The notes: generated by a model not told the origin, from the sequence alone. A DNA stretch of 60,247 nucleotides from an uncultured Candidatus Saccharibacteria bacterium (GCA_964625065.1 CAZUZL010000006.1:1-60247); one strand, 5' to 3'. Positions 47,566-57,015 are shown, counted from the first letter of the stretch. Numbers and translations are program-made.

Positions 47566-47630
47566 GTACTTATAGTAACATGTTTTGTGTTTTGATGCGG
47601 AACGCCTTAATTTAATACAAAATTTTTACA

Positions 47631-50600
47631 TTAGTTACCACTTGCGTTCATCATTGCTTTTGTTTTTGCACCAATCAATCCATCGGCTACAAGTCCATGA
47701 GATTTTTGCCATTTTTTGATTATGGCAATTGTATTTCTACCTAAGATTCCATCAATTTTTAAATTGGTTTTTAAATTAGCATTTAGAAATCTTTGTAGTT
47801 CTTTAACGGCAATACCCCTGCTTCCATTTTTCAGAGTTGTAGTACCAAAGTTGTAATAAATTTTATTAGAAATATTGTTTACAGTCGGAACTAATGTATT
47901 TGTTTTGATAGATACAGGTATTGGGTGACCTCCGCTACTTGTAGTAGCACTAACTGGGTCTACAGCAAATGTTGCCGATATAGTATGGTCAGTCGTAACG
48001 TTTGTAAACGTGTACGGACTACTAGCAGAAACAGCTACAGAGTCTACTGTAACAGTATCAATATGGTACCCAGAAATTGGTGTGATAGTAAATACTTGGT
48101 CGCTTCCTTCGTTAACAGAAACAGCACCTGAAGGAGTAATAGACCCGTTAGACCCACTAGATGCAGTGATAGTATGAGTAGGTATAGGATTAACTGTAAA
48201 AGTGGCTTCAGAAGATGAAACAGAATTGTAATTTGAATCAGCGGCCCGGGTAGCAGTAACCCCACAAGTACCATCTGTTGTATATGAAAGTGTGGTACCA
48301 GATATTGAACAACCTGCTGTGCCTGCTGTAGTAACGGCATAAGTTACCGCACCAGTTCCACTACCACCTGTAGTCGAAAGACTTGCGAAGGCTGCAGGAG
48401 ATGTAACAGTTTGTCCTGTAAATGTTAAGGCTGATTGACTAGCTGTACTAATAGTGAAGTTTCCGGCTGAAGCACCAGTAAGTGAGTTGTAGATTACAGA
48501 ATCTGTCGGGGCAAAATCTGCAGTAATTGCATACGTGCCGACATCAGTTGGAACAGTAGCTGTAGAGTTGTACTGAATATTACTTACAGTACCCGCAACA
48601 GAACCTGAAACTGTTGCTGATTGCGGAGACGCATTGTAGGTTACAGGCGAATTAGTAACTGAAATAGTTGGGTTAGTTGCAATAGCGGATTGAATTCCTG
48701 ACGCAACCAAAGTACGCAACTGTGCATGACCAGCAACATTGGGGTGTAGCCCGTCATATGAATATGTTGGTATTGTCGTTGAATAAGTAACACCATTTGA
48801 ACCTAGATTTATTAAAAATGCATTTGCATCTGAAGACCCTGATATATATGAATTAAAACCTGATGTTATATTTGCAAGTCCACCTTGATTAAAAGGTATG
48901 AGTACAAATATTTTTGCAGATGACCCAGCGGCAGTTCTAAGTAATGTAAGCCAATTAGTTACCACAGAAGCACTACTAAGACCACCGTTTGTACCCATGT
49001 TAACTACAATATAATCTGGAACTGGAGAAAATAAACCTGAAACTAATCTACTATTCGTTGAGTAATAATAATTCCAAGCACTCGGAAACAATGGAATATC
49101 TGCATTGAATGCTGTTTCCCAAGATTGACCACCAAAAGCAATATTTCCATATTCGGCATTTAGGTCGCTTGCAAGACCATATGAATATGACGATACGGAT
49201 TCTTCGTAGTTAGAATAATTTGTTAAGTCTGTGTGGTCGCCCAGTATCCATGCGCCTTCTGTTATCGAGTCACCGAAAACGAGCAACCTCTTCGTTAGAA
49301 GTGTCGGCGCTGAAGTACTGAACCCTTCGTCTAAAACCAAACCTGTTATTTTTAGAGAAGTGTGCCCATTCCATCTAGATATATATGCATCAGATGACAG
49401 GAACCATACCACCAATGTGTGTGTTGTAAGTGATAGGTTTTGTCCTAGAGTAATTTGGGTGTCTCCAGATAAAAGCTGGTAATCCACCGTGGCACCTCCA
49501 TCAATACTATACCGTATTCGTGGCAACTGTTTAGCCACACCAGCAAGACTAGAAGTGTCCACAGCAAGTTTTACTGTAGTACCTGTAAAATTAACTTTGA
49601 AATATGCACCAGGGTTTACCGCTTGGGCATATGTACTATTACCTACAATATTGTTTGCGCCTAGCGAACCGTTACCATTAGAATACCAACCATACGGACT
49701 GAATTTCCAGTTACTGTCAGTAACTGCTGTTGTTGCATACGAATGCACAACAGTAACAGAAGTAGTAGCACTAGTCGATGGGTCAGTTATAGTCAAAGCT
49801 CCAGTTGCACTGCCGGCATTAAGAGTAATTGTTGCGTGCGTAGCATCAGTTATAGTCTGACTTGTTATAGATGCCCCTGTTCCACCTGAAAGAGTAAACG
49901 TAGGTGTGCCCGGTGTTCCTGCGGTCCATGATGTACCAGTTCCTGATAAAGTTATAACGTTACCAGTAATGTTCATATTTACAGTTGTTGGAAAAGCATT
50001 AATAGGAAAACCTTCATTGTATAGATCAGTAACATTTTGCGATGATAAACTCCAGTTAAATATACGCATGTCGTCCATAGAGCCGTCCATTTTAACAACG
50101 TTGTCAGGTCTTAAACCAATACGAATATTAGCATTAGTTCCGGTCGGTGCCCCTGAAATACTACAACTACCTGCGTCTACACCTGTAGTGGCTACACCGT
50201 TAACATAGAACGTAGGGGGCACATTCACATTTGCCCCTGCTACAACAACATAATGCGCCCATGCATTGAGGTTTACACTCGGACCATTATAATTACACAG
50301 AGTCGAATCATTCGCTCTAGTGAAAACAAGTGTTGGGGTTGCAGCATTGTTTGTTCTAAATTCAAAAGGAGTTCTAGTAGAACTGTCATTAGCATTTTTA
50401 GTTACGAATTCTCTAAACCCACCGCCGGTGTCTATTTTTGCCCATACGGCTATAGTAGTTGCGCCAAGGTAATTACTATCTGAAACAGCAGCCGTAACAT
50501 AGTCAGTAGTATTAAAATCTAATGCACCAGAAATTTGTCCGGCTACCCACTGGGAATTGTCTCCGGGGAAATTAGTTAGTGTACCATTGACCCCACCTGT

Positions 50601-51791
50601 ACTATCTACCGCTGTTAAGCCAGATGCGTCGTCAAACTTCCACCAGTTAATGGGTGTATCTACAGAACATGCACTGGTTGAAAAAGTTTGGTCTGCTGAT
50701 GTACCCGTACCCGCCAAGTTCGTTGCATACGCTTGGTAATGGTAGACCGTGCCACATATTAAACCTGTTAGACTGGCTGTATACGCACCAGTACTGTACG
50801 TACCAGAGGTTGATGTTGTTGAACCATACGATGAAGTTAGACCATAATTAAAACCGCGTACTGTGGGTGAAGCATTTCCATCTACCGTAATGTTACCGTT
50901 TAATGTTGCTGAAATACTTGTTACAGACGATGCGGCCTGTACTGTAACTGTCGGGGTAGACACTTCTACACCTGTATACAAAGTGGTTACATCAAGTGAC
51001 GACAGCGCGCGGTTATATATACGTAGTTCATCTAGCGGTCCGTTCATTTTAACAGCTCCGTCAGGTCTTCTACCGATATATATAGACGCACTGTTTCCAG
51101 TCGGTGCACCTGATGTAGCACAACTACCAGTACCAGTAGTTGCTACACCGTTTATATAAAAAGTCGGCGCAACACTTATGTCAGCACTGGCAACAACTGC
51201 ATAATGAGTTAGCGTGTTAAGTGTAACGGCTGGACCACTAAATGAACACAGTATGGTGTTGTTCGATCTAGCGAACACTAGTGTAGGCGTTGCAGCGTTG
51301 TTTGTTCTGAATTCAAAAGGCGTCCTAGTAGAGCCGTCGCCAGAACCTTTACTTACAAAATGTCTAAAACCACTACCTGTAGTAATGTTTGCCCAAACTG
51401 AAATGGTTAAAGCCCCGAGGTAGTTAGTATCTGCCACAGTTGCTGTTACAGAGTTGGTTGTAGTAGATGAAAAATTCAAGGCACCATTTAAGTGTCCGGC
51501 TACCCACTGGGAATTGTCTCCAGGGAAATTTAAAAGTGTACCATTGGCACCCCCTGCACTATCTACTGCTGTCAGACCAGTCGCGTCGTCAAATGACCAG
51601 TAGTTTAACAAATTAGTAGTTATGTCTGCGTGTACTGGTTTCGGGTTAAACAATAAACCAAGTGAAATAAAGCAAGTAAAAAGCAATACAGAAAAATACA
51701 GACCTGTTTTCTGTCTTTTTCCTCGTACCATATTTTTAGAAGTAGTTTCTACCCTACCTTTATCCATTCCGCCTATAAAATTCAATATCAT
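47631..51791 (-). CDS. 1386-aa secreted/anchored multidomain protein: 2x LamG-like, SGNH/GDSL hydrolase, Ig-like repeats, C-terminal peptidoglycan-binding domain
   Basis: The signal anchor is followed by two duplicated blocks of about 210 aa (LNYWSFDDATGLTAVDS..DELRIYNRALS and INWWKFDDASGLTAVDS..DDMRIFNWSLS). Then come LVFGDSITEG with a later DGLHPN (SGNH blocks I and V), and the tail RGIAVKELQRFLN..IDGILGRNT..WQKSHGLVADGLIG (PG_binding_1-like). Confidence 0.75.
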   Translation of the reverse strand: MILNFIGGMDKGRVETTSKNMVRGKRQKTGLYFSVLLFTCFISLGLLFNPKPVHADITTNLLNYWSFDDATGLTAVDSAGGANGTLLNFPGDNSQWVAGHLNGALNFSSTTTNSVTATVADTNYLGALTISVWANITTGSGFRHFVSKGSGDGSTRTPFEFRTNNAATPTLVFARSNNTILCSFSGPAVTLNTLTHYAVVASADISVAPTFYINGVATTGTGSCATSGAPTGNSASIYIGRRPDGAVKMNGPLDELRIYNRALSSLDVTTLYTGVEVSTPTVTVQAASSVTSISATLNGNITVDGNASPTVRGFNYGLTSSYGSTTSTSGTYSTGAYTASLTGLICGTVYHYQAYATNLAGTGTSADQTFSTSACSVDTPINWWKFDDASGLTAVDSTGGVNGTLTNFPGDNSQWVAGQISGALDFNTTDYVTAAVSDSNYLGATTIAVWAKIDTGGGFREFVTKNANDSSTRTPFEFRTNNAATPTLVFTRANDSTLCNYNGPSVNLNAWAHYVVVAGANVNVPPTFYVNGVATTGVDAGSCSISGAPTGTNANIRIGLRPDNVVKMDGSMDDMRIFNWSLSSQNVTDLYNEGFPINAFPTTVNMNITGNVITLSGTGTSWTAGTPGTPTFTLSGGTGASITSQTITDATHATITLNAGSATGALTITDPSTSATTSVTVVHSYATTAVTDSNWKFSPYGWYSNGNGSLGANNIVGNSTYAQAVNPGAYFKVNFTGTTVKLAVDTSSLAGVAKQLPRIRYSIDGGATVDYQLLSGDTQITLGQNLSLTTHTLVVWFLSSDAYISRWNGHTSLKITGLVLDEGFSTSAPTLLTKRLLVFGDSITEGAWILGDHTDLTNYSNYEESVSSYSYGLASDLNAEYGNIAFGGQSWETAFNADIPLFPSAWNYYYSTNSRLVSGLFSPVPDYIVVNMGTNGGLSSASVVTNWLTLLRTAAGSSAKIFVLIPFNQGGLANITSGFNSYISGSSDANAFLINLGSNGVTYSTTIPTYSYDGLHPNVAGHAQLRTLVASGIQSAIATNPTISVTNSPVTYNASPQSATVSGSVAGTVSNIQYNSTATVPTDVGTYAITADFAPTDSVIYNSLTGASAGNFTISTASQSALTFTGQTVTSPAAFASLSTTGGSGTGAVTYAVTTAGTAGCSISGTTLSYTTDGTCGVTATRAADSNYNSVSSSEATFTVNPIPTHTITASSGSNGSITPSGAVSVNEGSDQVFTITPISGYHIDTVTVDSVAVSASSPYTFTNVTTDHTISATFAVDPVSATTSSGGHPIPVSIKTNTLVPTVNNISNKIYYNFGTTTLKNGSRGIAVKELQRFLNANLKTNLKIDGILGRNTIAIIKKWQKSHGLVADGLIGAKTKAMMNASGN

Positions 51792-51900
51792 ATATACTCT
51801 ATTATAGCACGGGCTTTATTTATCGAACAAACTTGTTTTATCTATAGTGAAAGTTTTCGGCGTACCTCCAACATATTCATATTCAGAATATGTGTATTTT

Positions 51901-52359
51901 TCACCATTTTTTATATATATTGTTTTGCGTATTTATTTTAAAAGTAAATGTATTTGGGTCACTTGTAACATAGGTAATTGTATAACTACCCCAAACTACT
52001 GTGTCACCATTTTTTTGTGTGTCAGTAAAACTGATAGCACCTTCGTTATTACCTATTTTTAATGAAAAACTATACACAGTGGCACCACCACCTTTTGAAT
52101 AAGATCTAGAAACAGCACCTGTGTATGAAATTATTAAACCACTTTTTGTGGTTATAGGTGTTTTGTTTTTATTTACAATAACAGTTTCGGTTGGATAGCT
52201 TATACTACTTTGCATAGCATTATCTACCTTTGTTATTGGTGAATCTGAAACTGAGCCCTTTATATTGGGTGTATATTTTATATATGCCAACATACATATA
52301 CCAACAACGATAAATACAATTGCAACAATGTTCATATTTTTTCTCAGACTTAAATTCAT
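51901..52359 (-). CDS. hypothetical membrane-anchored protein (152 aa)
   Basis: N-terminal TM helix, then a beta-rich domain. TGA stop. Confidence 0.55.
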   Translation of the reverse strand: MNLSLRKNMNIVAIVFIVVGICMLAYIKYTPNIKGSVSDSPITKVDNAMQSSISYPTETVIVNKNKTPITTKSGLIISYTGAVSRSYSKGGGATVYSFSLKIGNNEGAISFTDTQKNGDTVVWGSYTITYVTSDPNTFTFKINTQNNIYKKW

Positions 52360-52393
52360 ATATTAATACACGTATTGTACCATATACTTTTGA

Positions 52394-52409
52394 GGAACGG
52401 CTGGATTCG
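52394..52409 (-). repeat. degenerate copy of tRNA-Ser 3' end (distal att-like site)
   Basis: GGAAC-GGCTGGATTCG compared with GGAACCGGCTGGATTCG in the tRNA gene. It coincides with the composition break. Confidence 0.5.
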
Positions 52410-52470
52410 GCTTCGAATATGATTACTATTTGCTTTACTTTAGTTTTAATGTAATATTTACATGTAATTT

Positions 52471-53214
52471 ATGGAATCACAAGAATTTAAAAATAAAATA
52501 TTTAATACGAGTTGGATTACATATTCTTGTATGGAGTTTTTCTCGTTAGAGATTACCATGTCATTATATGAAGATCTTGGGTTGTTTTTTAAGGTTAAGA
52601 ACTCATTGCATTTATTTATTAAGAATAAGCTCAATGAAGATAAAGAAATTTACGCTCTTTTATTGAATAATAGTGTTTGGGAGGAAGCAATGTTTAAAAG
52701 GATTATTGAAGAATATAGTAAAACTAACCCTGAAGATTACAATATATTAAAATCATGGATTCTTTCGCGTTTTACTCTACATTTTACAGATCAACCACAC
52801 TGGATGGCATGGCTTGATATCTGTGAATATATAACAGATAAAAAACATAAGGAAACTAAGTGGGTGGATTTTAGATTTAGAAACAAAGAATTCGTTGAGA
52901 ATTTTTTGTTGTCACAAAATACTAGTGAATTTGAAAATAAAATTGACTCACTAAATGAGGAATTGTTATCAGATTGGGATCTTAATTTATTTGCAAATTT
53001 CGAGTATGTTTCTTTGTATTCTGCAGTTTTTATGCTTCAAACCTACAGGATATTTAAATTTCAGGAATTTATTTCTAAAACAATACCAACTTTACTTATT
53101 AAAGACATAAATACATTAAATACTCATGCTGAAAATTACATAAAAGTGAATAATATGGAATTACAATTTAAACCTAACGATGTTTTAATTAAAATTAATT
53201 TCTTAAAAAATTAA
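52471..53214 (+). CDS. hypothetical protein (247 aa)
   Basis: Long ORF in very AT-rich DNA, forming a two-gene unit with 53218..53583 (3-nt spacer). No family recognised. Confidence 0.55.
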   Translation: MESQEFKNKIFNTSWITYSCMEFFSLEITMSLYEDLGLFFKVKNSLHLFIKNKLNEDKEIYALLLNNSVWEEAMFKRIIEEYSKTNPEDYNILKSWILSRFTLHFTDQPHWMAWLDICEYITDKKHKETKWVDFRFRNKEFVENFLLSQNTSEFENKIDSLNEELLSDWDLNLFANFEYVSLYSAVFMLQTYRIFKFQEFISKTIPTLLIKDINTLNTHAENYIKVNNMELQFKPNDVLIKINFLKN

Positions 53215-53217
53215 GTT

Positions 53218-53583
53218 ATGAAAATCAAAAATGATCAACTTAAGAAAATAGAACTTATTTTTGATGCTAACAGGGCTAAGGAATTATTGCTAAATTTAGA
53301 TCAGAAGGTATTCAAGTGTACAATACCTAAGGAGAAATTAATTACCTTAGTTGATATGGTATTGAGCGATGAAAGGCTTAATAAAGAATCAAATAATATA
53401 CTTGTTAGGTATATTGATCTTTCTGTTAAATGTTCGCTATATATAAAGAAAGATAATTATTTTTTATGGAATATAGTTAAAAAGATACTCGAAATTAAAA
53501 ATGATGAAATTAATATGGAGATGAAATTGACTTTTTTAGAAAAACAAGTTTTACCACGTTTTAAAGCGAAATTACTTAAATAA
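53218..53583 (+). CDS. hypothetical protein (121 aa)
   Basis: Tightly coupled to the upstream ORF. No family recognised. Confidence 0.5.
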   Translation: MKIKNDQLKKIELIFDANRAKELLLNLDQKVFKCTIPKEKLITLVDMVLSDERLNKESNNILVRYIDLSVKCSLYIKKDNYFLWNIVKKILEIKNDEINMEMKLTFLEKQVLPRFKAKLLK

Positions 53584-53603
53584 AAAATATACTGTTTTTT
53601 AAA

Positions 53604-54170
53604 TCACTGAGAATATTTAAACCAATAACGATCAATTGCAATCTTTGGTTCACTTTCATCATAATATTCAGGGTATACTTCTGATAAATACTGTAAGAAA
53701 TTTAAAATACATTTCCCCTGCTGTTGAGTAAATCCATTCATCCTTTTTATAAAAGAATCTGCAATTTTTGTGCTATTTTTCAGCTCAGTTAAAATAAATT
53801 CATCCTTTCCTTCGTGTATATTACTATTCTTTGAAATATAATCTATCAAACACTTTTGGTCAGCTTCAAGTGGTAAAGTAAGCTGATTAACAACACTACT
53901 TGCAACAATATCGGATTCATATAAATTATTTATTAGAAGTAACATATATGTCGGCAAATAATACCTGAAAGCATCATCTGTCAAAAATCCGAGTGCACTA
54001 TTATGAAAAATAATATCAGGATTTAATACTTGATCCCATTTTTTTGAAATAAAAATATCTTTTATTTCTATAGCTTCGCCAGAATTACTACTTACAATAT
54101 TGTTTGCATTCGGCATATTTGAAATACTAAATGCACTAAAAATCATTTTTATGAGTAAATCTTTTGTCAT
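53604..54170 (-). CDS. hypothetical cytoplasmic protein, immunity-protein-like
   Basis: 188 aa with no TM or signal sequence. The motif LTDDAFRYYLPTYML reminds me of small orphan proteins seen in immunity-gene neighbourhoods. This is memory-based and unverified. Confidence 0.5.
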   Translation of the reverse strand: MTKDLLIKMIFSAFSISNMPNANNIVSSNSGEAIEIKDIFISKKWDQVLNPDIIFHNSALGFLTDDAFRYYLPTYMLLLINNLYESDIVASSVVNQLTLPLEADQKCLIDYISKNSNIHEGKDEFILTELKNSTKIADSFIKRMNGFTQQQGKCILNFLQYLSEVYPEYYDESEPKIAIDRYWFKYSQ

Positions 54171-54258
54171 ATTATTTTATTATTGAGATATAATACACAT
54201 TAAAATATTTAAAAACACACTAATATTATAACATATACACCATGGCATGAGTATTCCA

Positions 54259-54362
54259 TAAATAGATATTTGTGACCATTCAGTGTATATACCTAGTTTC
54301 AATTTTCAGATGATATGATAACACCTGAAACACAGTCCCGACCTCCTTTTCCTCGGTAGTGC
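54259..54362. repeat. copy A of a roughly 105-nt dispersed repeat upstream of a minus-strand gene
   Basis: AAATAGATATTTGTGACC.TT..GTGTATATACCTA.TTT.AATTTT ... TGAAACACAG.CCC.A.CT..CTTTTCCTCGGTA is shared with 55768-55880. Confidence 0.7.
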
Positions 54363-54473
54363 AAACTTATGAAATATATTAATATATATTCATTAAATGC
54401 ATCAGTCTAAAAGGTTTTATAATGTAAATATGTTAAAAATACCTATACCAAAATCAAAACATGAACAAGTACT

Positions 54474-54515
54474 TATAAAAACAGGACTCAATATATAAAT
54501 ATAATTGAATCCTGT
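54474..54515 (-). terminator. intrinsic terminator after 54540..54770
   Basis: ACAGGATTCAA/TTGAGTCCTGT stem (one mismatch) plus a T-run on the minus strand. Confidence 0.5.
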
Positions 54516-54539
54516 GTAAACATAGTTATAGAATTTTTA

Positions 54540-54770
54540 TTATTTACTATCTCTAGAAAGGATAGCTGAAATAATAGATAGAAGAAAGCAAGCAATAGAA
54601 TATGCACCAAATAATGCGAATTCATCTTGCCACTCAACAGCATTTATAGCTCTAGATTCTGCTGAAATACTACACCAGATACCCAAACTAATTTTCAAAA
54701 AAAAGTAAAACACGATTGAGCCACAAATTAAACAAATTAAAGAAAACCAAATAAGAAATAACTTTGCCAT
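54540..54770 (-). CDS. small two-TM membrane protein (76 aa)
   Basis: Two hydrophobic helices, 8 nt downstream of 54778..54993. Confidence 0.5.
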   Translation of the reverse strand: MAKLFLIWFSLICLICGSIVFYFFLKISLGIWCSISAESRAINAVEWQDEFALFGAYSIACFLLSIISAILSRDSK

Positions 54771-54777
54771 GATACTT

Positions 54778-54993
54778 TTAGTTAAAGGTTTTAGCTGAAT
54801 GTTTGAATACTAAGTCTAGACAATCTCGATCAACTTCTCGAGATAGCCTGATCATCTTCCTCTGCTTTTTTAATATAGCTTCTCTTTTTTTATTGCTAGA
54901 TATGTCATTAAAACCTTTTACTTCTTTTATGTTCTCTACAGTAAAAGTACAATTTCCGTCACTTACATGTGATTTGAGATTTCCGATTTTCAT
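54778..54993 (-). CDS. small conserved hypothetical protein (71 aa), paralog of 14667..14864
   Basis: See 14667..14864. About 40 percent identity by eye, with the strongest match in the C-terminal KKQRKMIRLSREVDRDCLDLVF. Confidence 0.55.
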   Translation of the reverse strand: MKIGNLKSHVSDGNCTFTVENIKEVKGFNDISSNKKREAILKKQRKMIRLSREVDRDCLDLVFKHSAKTFN

Positions 54994-55114
54994 ATCAAAT
55001 AGTATTAAATTGTTGTAGATACAGTATTACTACTGCTATGAATTATTTTTATATATTATACATTAAATTTTATTTTTAGCAAACTGCCTTAATTGACCCA
55101 TTATAAAACCGAGG

Positions 55115-55145
55115 CAAGATAAAACCCCTCCTAAAACAGGAGGGG
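55115..55145 (-). terminator. intrinsic terminator after 55185..55733
   Basis: CCCCTCC-TGTTTTA-GGAGGGG followed by TTTTAT on the minus strand. Confidence 0.6.
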
Positions 55146-55184
55146 TTAAGTCTATTAACTTCAAATTAGATTTTAGAATTGAAG

Positions 55185-55733
55185 TTATTTCTGAATATTT
55201 AGTAATTCTGTTTTTACATCTTCAGGTAGTAAGTCTAAAATTTTCGGGTTAGGAGTATTTTCATCTTTTGCACCTCTTTTTGTAAAATTTTCTATGAATC
55301 TTATAAATTCTTCGTCTTTTATAATATTCTCTCTGGTTTTTTGATCTGCATGTCCAAGTCTAGATAGAACGGCAGATAAAGTTAATGGTTCACTTTGTGT
55401 TTTCCCCAGAACATAATCTTTTGAATATTTTATAAATTCTTCGTCTTTTATAATATTTTCCCTAATTTTTTGATTCACTTGTCCTAGTCTAAATTGAACA
55501 GCTGACAAAGTTATTGGTTCACTTTGTGTTTTCCCTAACACATAATCTAACGAATATTTTATAAACTCATTATTTTCAAGAATATCTAATTGTTCTTCTT
55601 CAGACAAATTTTTTAGCCTTGCATTTATAGCTGAATAAGTAATATATCCCTCCTTCTTTCCAAGAATATAGTCGACTTTATTTTGATTATTCTCAATATT
55701 GTTACCTTTATTAAATATATTATTTTCATTCAT
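55185..55733 (-). CDS. hypothetical protein built from three 43-aa tandem repeats
   Basis: The repeat is DY(I/V)LGK...(I/L)T.SA...RLG.....R.NIIKDEEFI(K/R)(Y/F), three times. A TATAAT lies only about 8 nt upstream of the ATG. Confidence 0.6.
   Translation of the reverse strand: MNENNIFNKGNNIENNQNKVDYILGKKEGYITYSAINARLKNLSEEEQLDILENNEFIKYSLDYVLGKTQSEPITLSAVQFRLGQVNQKIRENIIKDEEFIKYSKDYVLGKTQSEPLTLSAVLSRLGHADQKTRENIIKDEEFIRFIENFTKRGAKDENTPNPKILDLLPEDVKTELLNIQK
55301..55687. repeat. 3 x 129-nt tandem repeat (coding)
   Basis: Units start at 55301, 55430 and 55559. The first two are about 80 percent identical at the nucleotide level. Confidence 0.8.
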
Positions 55734-55767
55734 ATTGACTATTATAACATACCTAGATTTTATTTAA

Positions 55768-55880
55768 AATAGATATTTGTGACCTTTCTGTGTATATACC
55801 TACTTTTAATTTTGTAGCTGGTATGGTACCATATGAAACACAGCCCCAATCTACTTTTCCTACTTTTCCTCGGTATTGGG
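55768..55880. repeat. copy B of the roughly 105-nt dispersed repeat
   Basis: Aligns with 54259-54362 and carries an 11-nt internal duplication (CTACTTTTCCTACTTTTCC). Confidence 0.7.
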
Positions 55881-55898
55881 ATCCTGTAAACTCGATTA

Positions 55899-55927
55899 AG
55901 TGCAAGTTCCCGCTTGCACTTTTTTTA
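55899..55927. terminator. hairpin at the 3' end of 55931..56674; the T-run is on the plus strand
   Basis: AGTGCAAG-TTCCCG-CTTGCACT followed by T7 on the plus strand, with an A-run on the other side. Confidence 0.45.
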
Positions 55928-55930
55928 TTG

Positions 55931-56674
55931 TTATTTTATAAGTGCGAAATCTACAAGATCTTTTGGGTAAAATGGCATTTCCCGAAAAAGACTGTTTTCA
56001 ATTTTGAATAAATAACTTATTGCTGCAGCTTCAAAACACCAATATCCAAAATATCCACCTCCATCTGGCCCCTTGTGGTTATCATACCAATAGCACTCCT
56101 CCATATTTTTATACCAATTCGTCAAGAAATCTTTTACGTTCATTTGGGCCTCATCAGGATTTAGTAATGTGGCTTCAAGCAAGAAGCTAAATTTACTTTC
56201 ATAACATAAGGTTTTATTGCTAACAACAATTATATTATTAAAATATTTCGCAACAATCGTGTCATATAAGGCATCAACTCCTTCGTTCTTTATGCATTTT
56301 AATAATCGATTAAAAATATCTACTTCTACTTTTAATAAAACTCCTAGGGAAATCAGCCACAGTGCTCTCTCATAATCATCAAATGAATCTGCAAAATAAA
56401 AACCATCACTATTAGGTTGCTTTTGATATTCCTCTAAACTTATTACTATTTTATTAAAATCAACATTAAGAATTGATAGATCGTATCCAGCAGAGTATTT
56501 TGCAATTAATATTTCAATATTGTTTACGAATATAAAATGGTATAACAACTCTATTCTTGAGTATTGTTCTGGTATATTTTTTATATCATTACTAAAATTA
56601 GAATTTTCAATTTCAATGAAATTTATTCTTTCATTAAAGTAGTTCAAATCCATTAATTTATCTCTTGTATTCAT
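55931..56674 (-). CDS. DUF1911/PoNi-like immunity-type protein (tentative)
   Basis: C-terminal NWYKNMEECYWYDNHKGPDGGGYFGYWCFEAAAISYL resembles the WY..H....Y.GYW.FEAAA signature I associate with PoNe-immunity (DUF1911) proteins. Unverified. Confidence 0.45.
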   Translation of the reverse strand: MNTRDKLMDLNYFNERINFIEIENSNFSNDIKNIPEQYSRIELLYHFIFVNNIEILIAKYSAGYDLSILNVDFNKIVISLEEYQKQPNSDGFYFADSFDDYERALWLISLGVLLKVEVDIFNRLLKCIKNEGVDALYDTIVAKYFNNIIVVSNKTLCYESKFSFLLEATLLNPDEAQMNVKDFLTNWYKNMEECYWYDNHKGPDGGGYFGYWCFEAAAISYLFKIENSLFREMPFYPKDLVDFALIK

Positions 56675-56700
56675 TGTGTTATTCCTTATATTATAACATA

Positions 56701-56728
56701 GGTATGCAATAGAAAGGATGTTACGCGA
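56701..56728. repeat. promoter-proximal motif, copy 1 (most diverged)
   Basis: GGTATGCAATAGAAAGGATGTTACGCGA lies 6 nt from an extended -10 (TGTTATAAT on the minus strand, TATAAT hexamer at 56690-56695) of gene 55931..56674. Confidence 0.55.
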
Positions 56729-56751
56729 TTGCTTAAAATTTTACGTTTCCA

Positions 56752-56781
56752 ATAAAAAACCCGCTGGAATGGACCAGCGGG
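56752..56781 (-). terminator. intrinsic terminator
   Basis: CCCGCTGG/CCAGCGGG stem followed by T6 on the minus strand. Confidence 0.65.
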
Positions 56782-57015
56782 TCGAAAAGTTACGAGATTT
56801 TTTGTCATGTTAACCAGTAGGAGGAACAGACTTAGCCGGTATGAATCCTTCAGACGAGTTATTTAAAAGCAAAAGTACAAATTTACAATAATTTGACAAA
56901 ATAGATTTCTGACGCTTTTTCAAGTCCATTCTATCAAAGTAGTTGACTGATTGTCAATGTTTTATCTTCTTAAAATCAATACTTTAAAAAACAGGATATG
57001 AAGATTATTTTAGTT

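Noticed and set aside
3337-51807. Numerous 60-190-aa antisense or out-of-frame ORFs inside long genes (for example 3556..3966, 3982..4503, 7060..7500, 12205..12684, 27449..28027, 35785..36210, 49489..49860)
   Set aside because: Each is fully nested in a well-supported gene on the other strand or in another frame. Their translations are low-complexity Ser/Leu/Cys-rich shadows.
55301-55687. Possible CRISPR array or non-coding satellite
   Set aside because: The repeats are contiguous 129-nt units with no spacers, and they maintain one open reading frame. They are coding tandem repeats, and no cas genes are present anywhere in the window.
55790-56011. 73-aa plus-strand ORF
   Set aside because: It runs through repeat copy B, a hairpin terminator and the 3' end of the convergent 55931..56674 gene. 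The equivalent frame is not preserved in repeat copy A.
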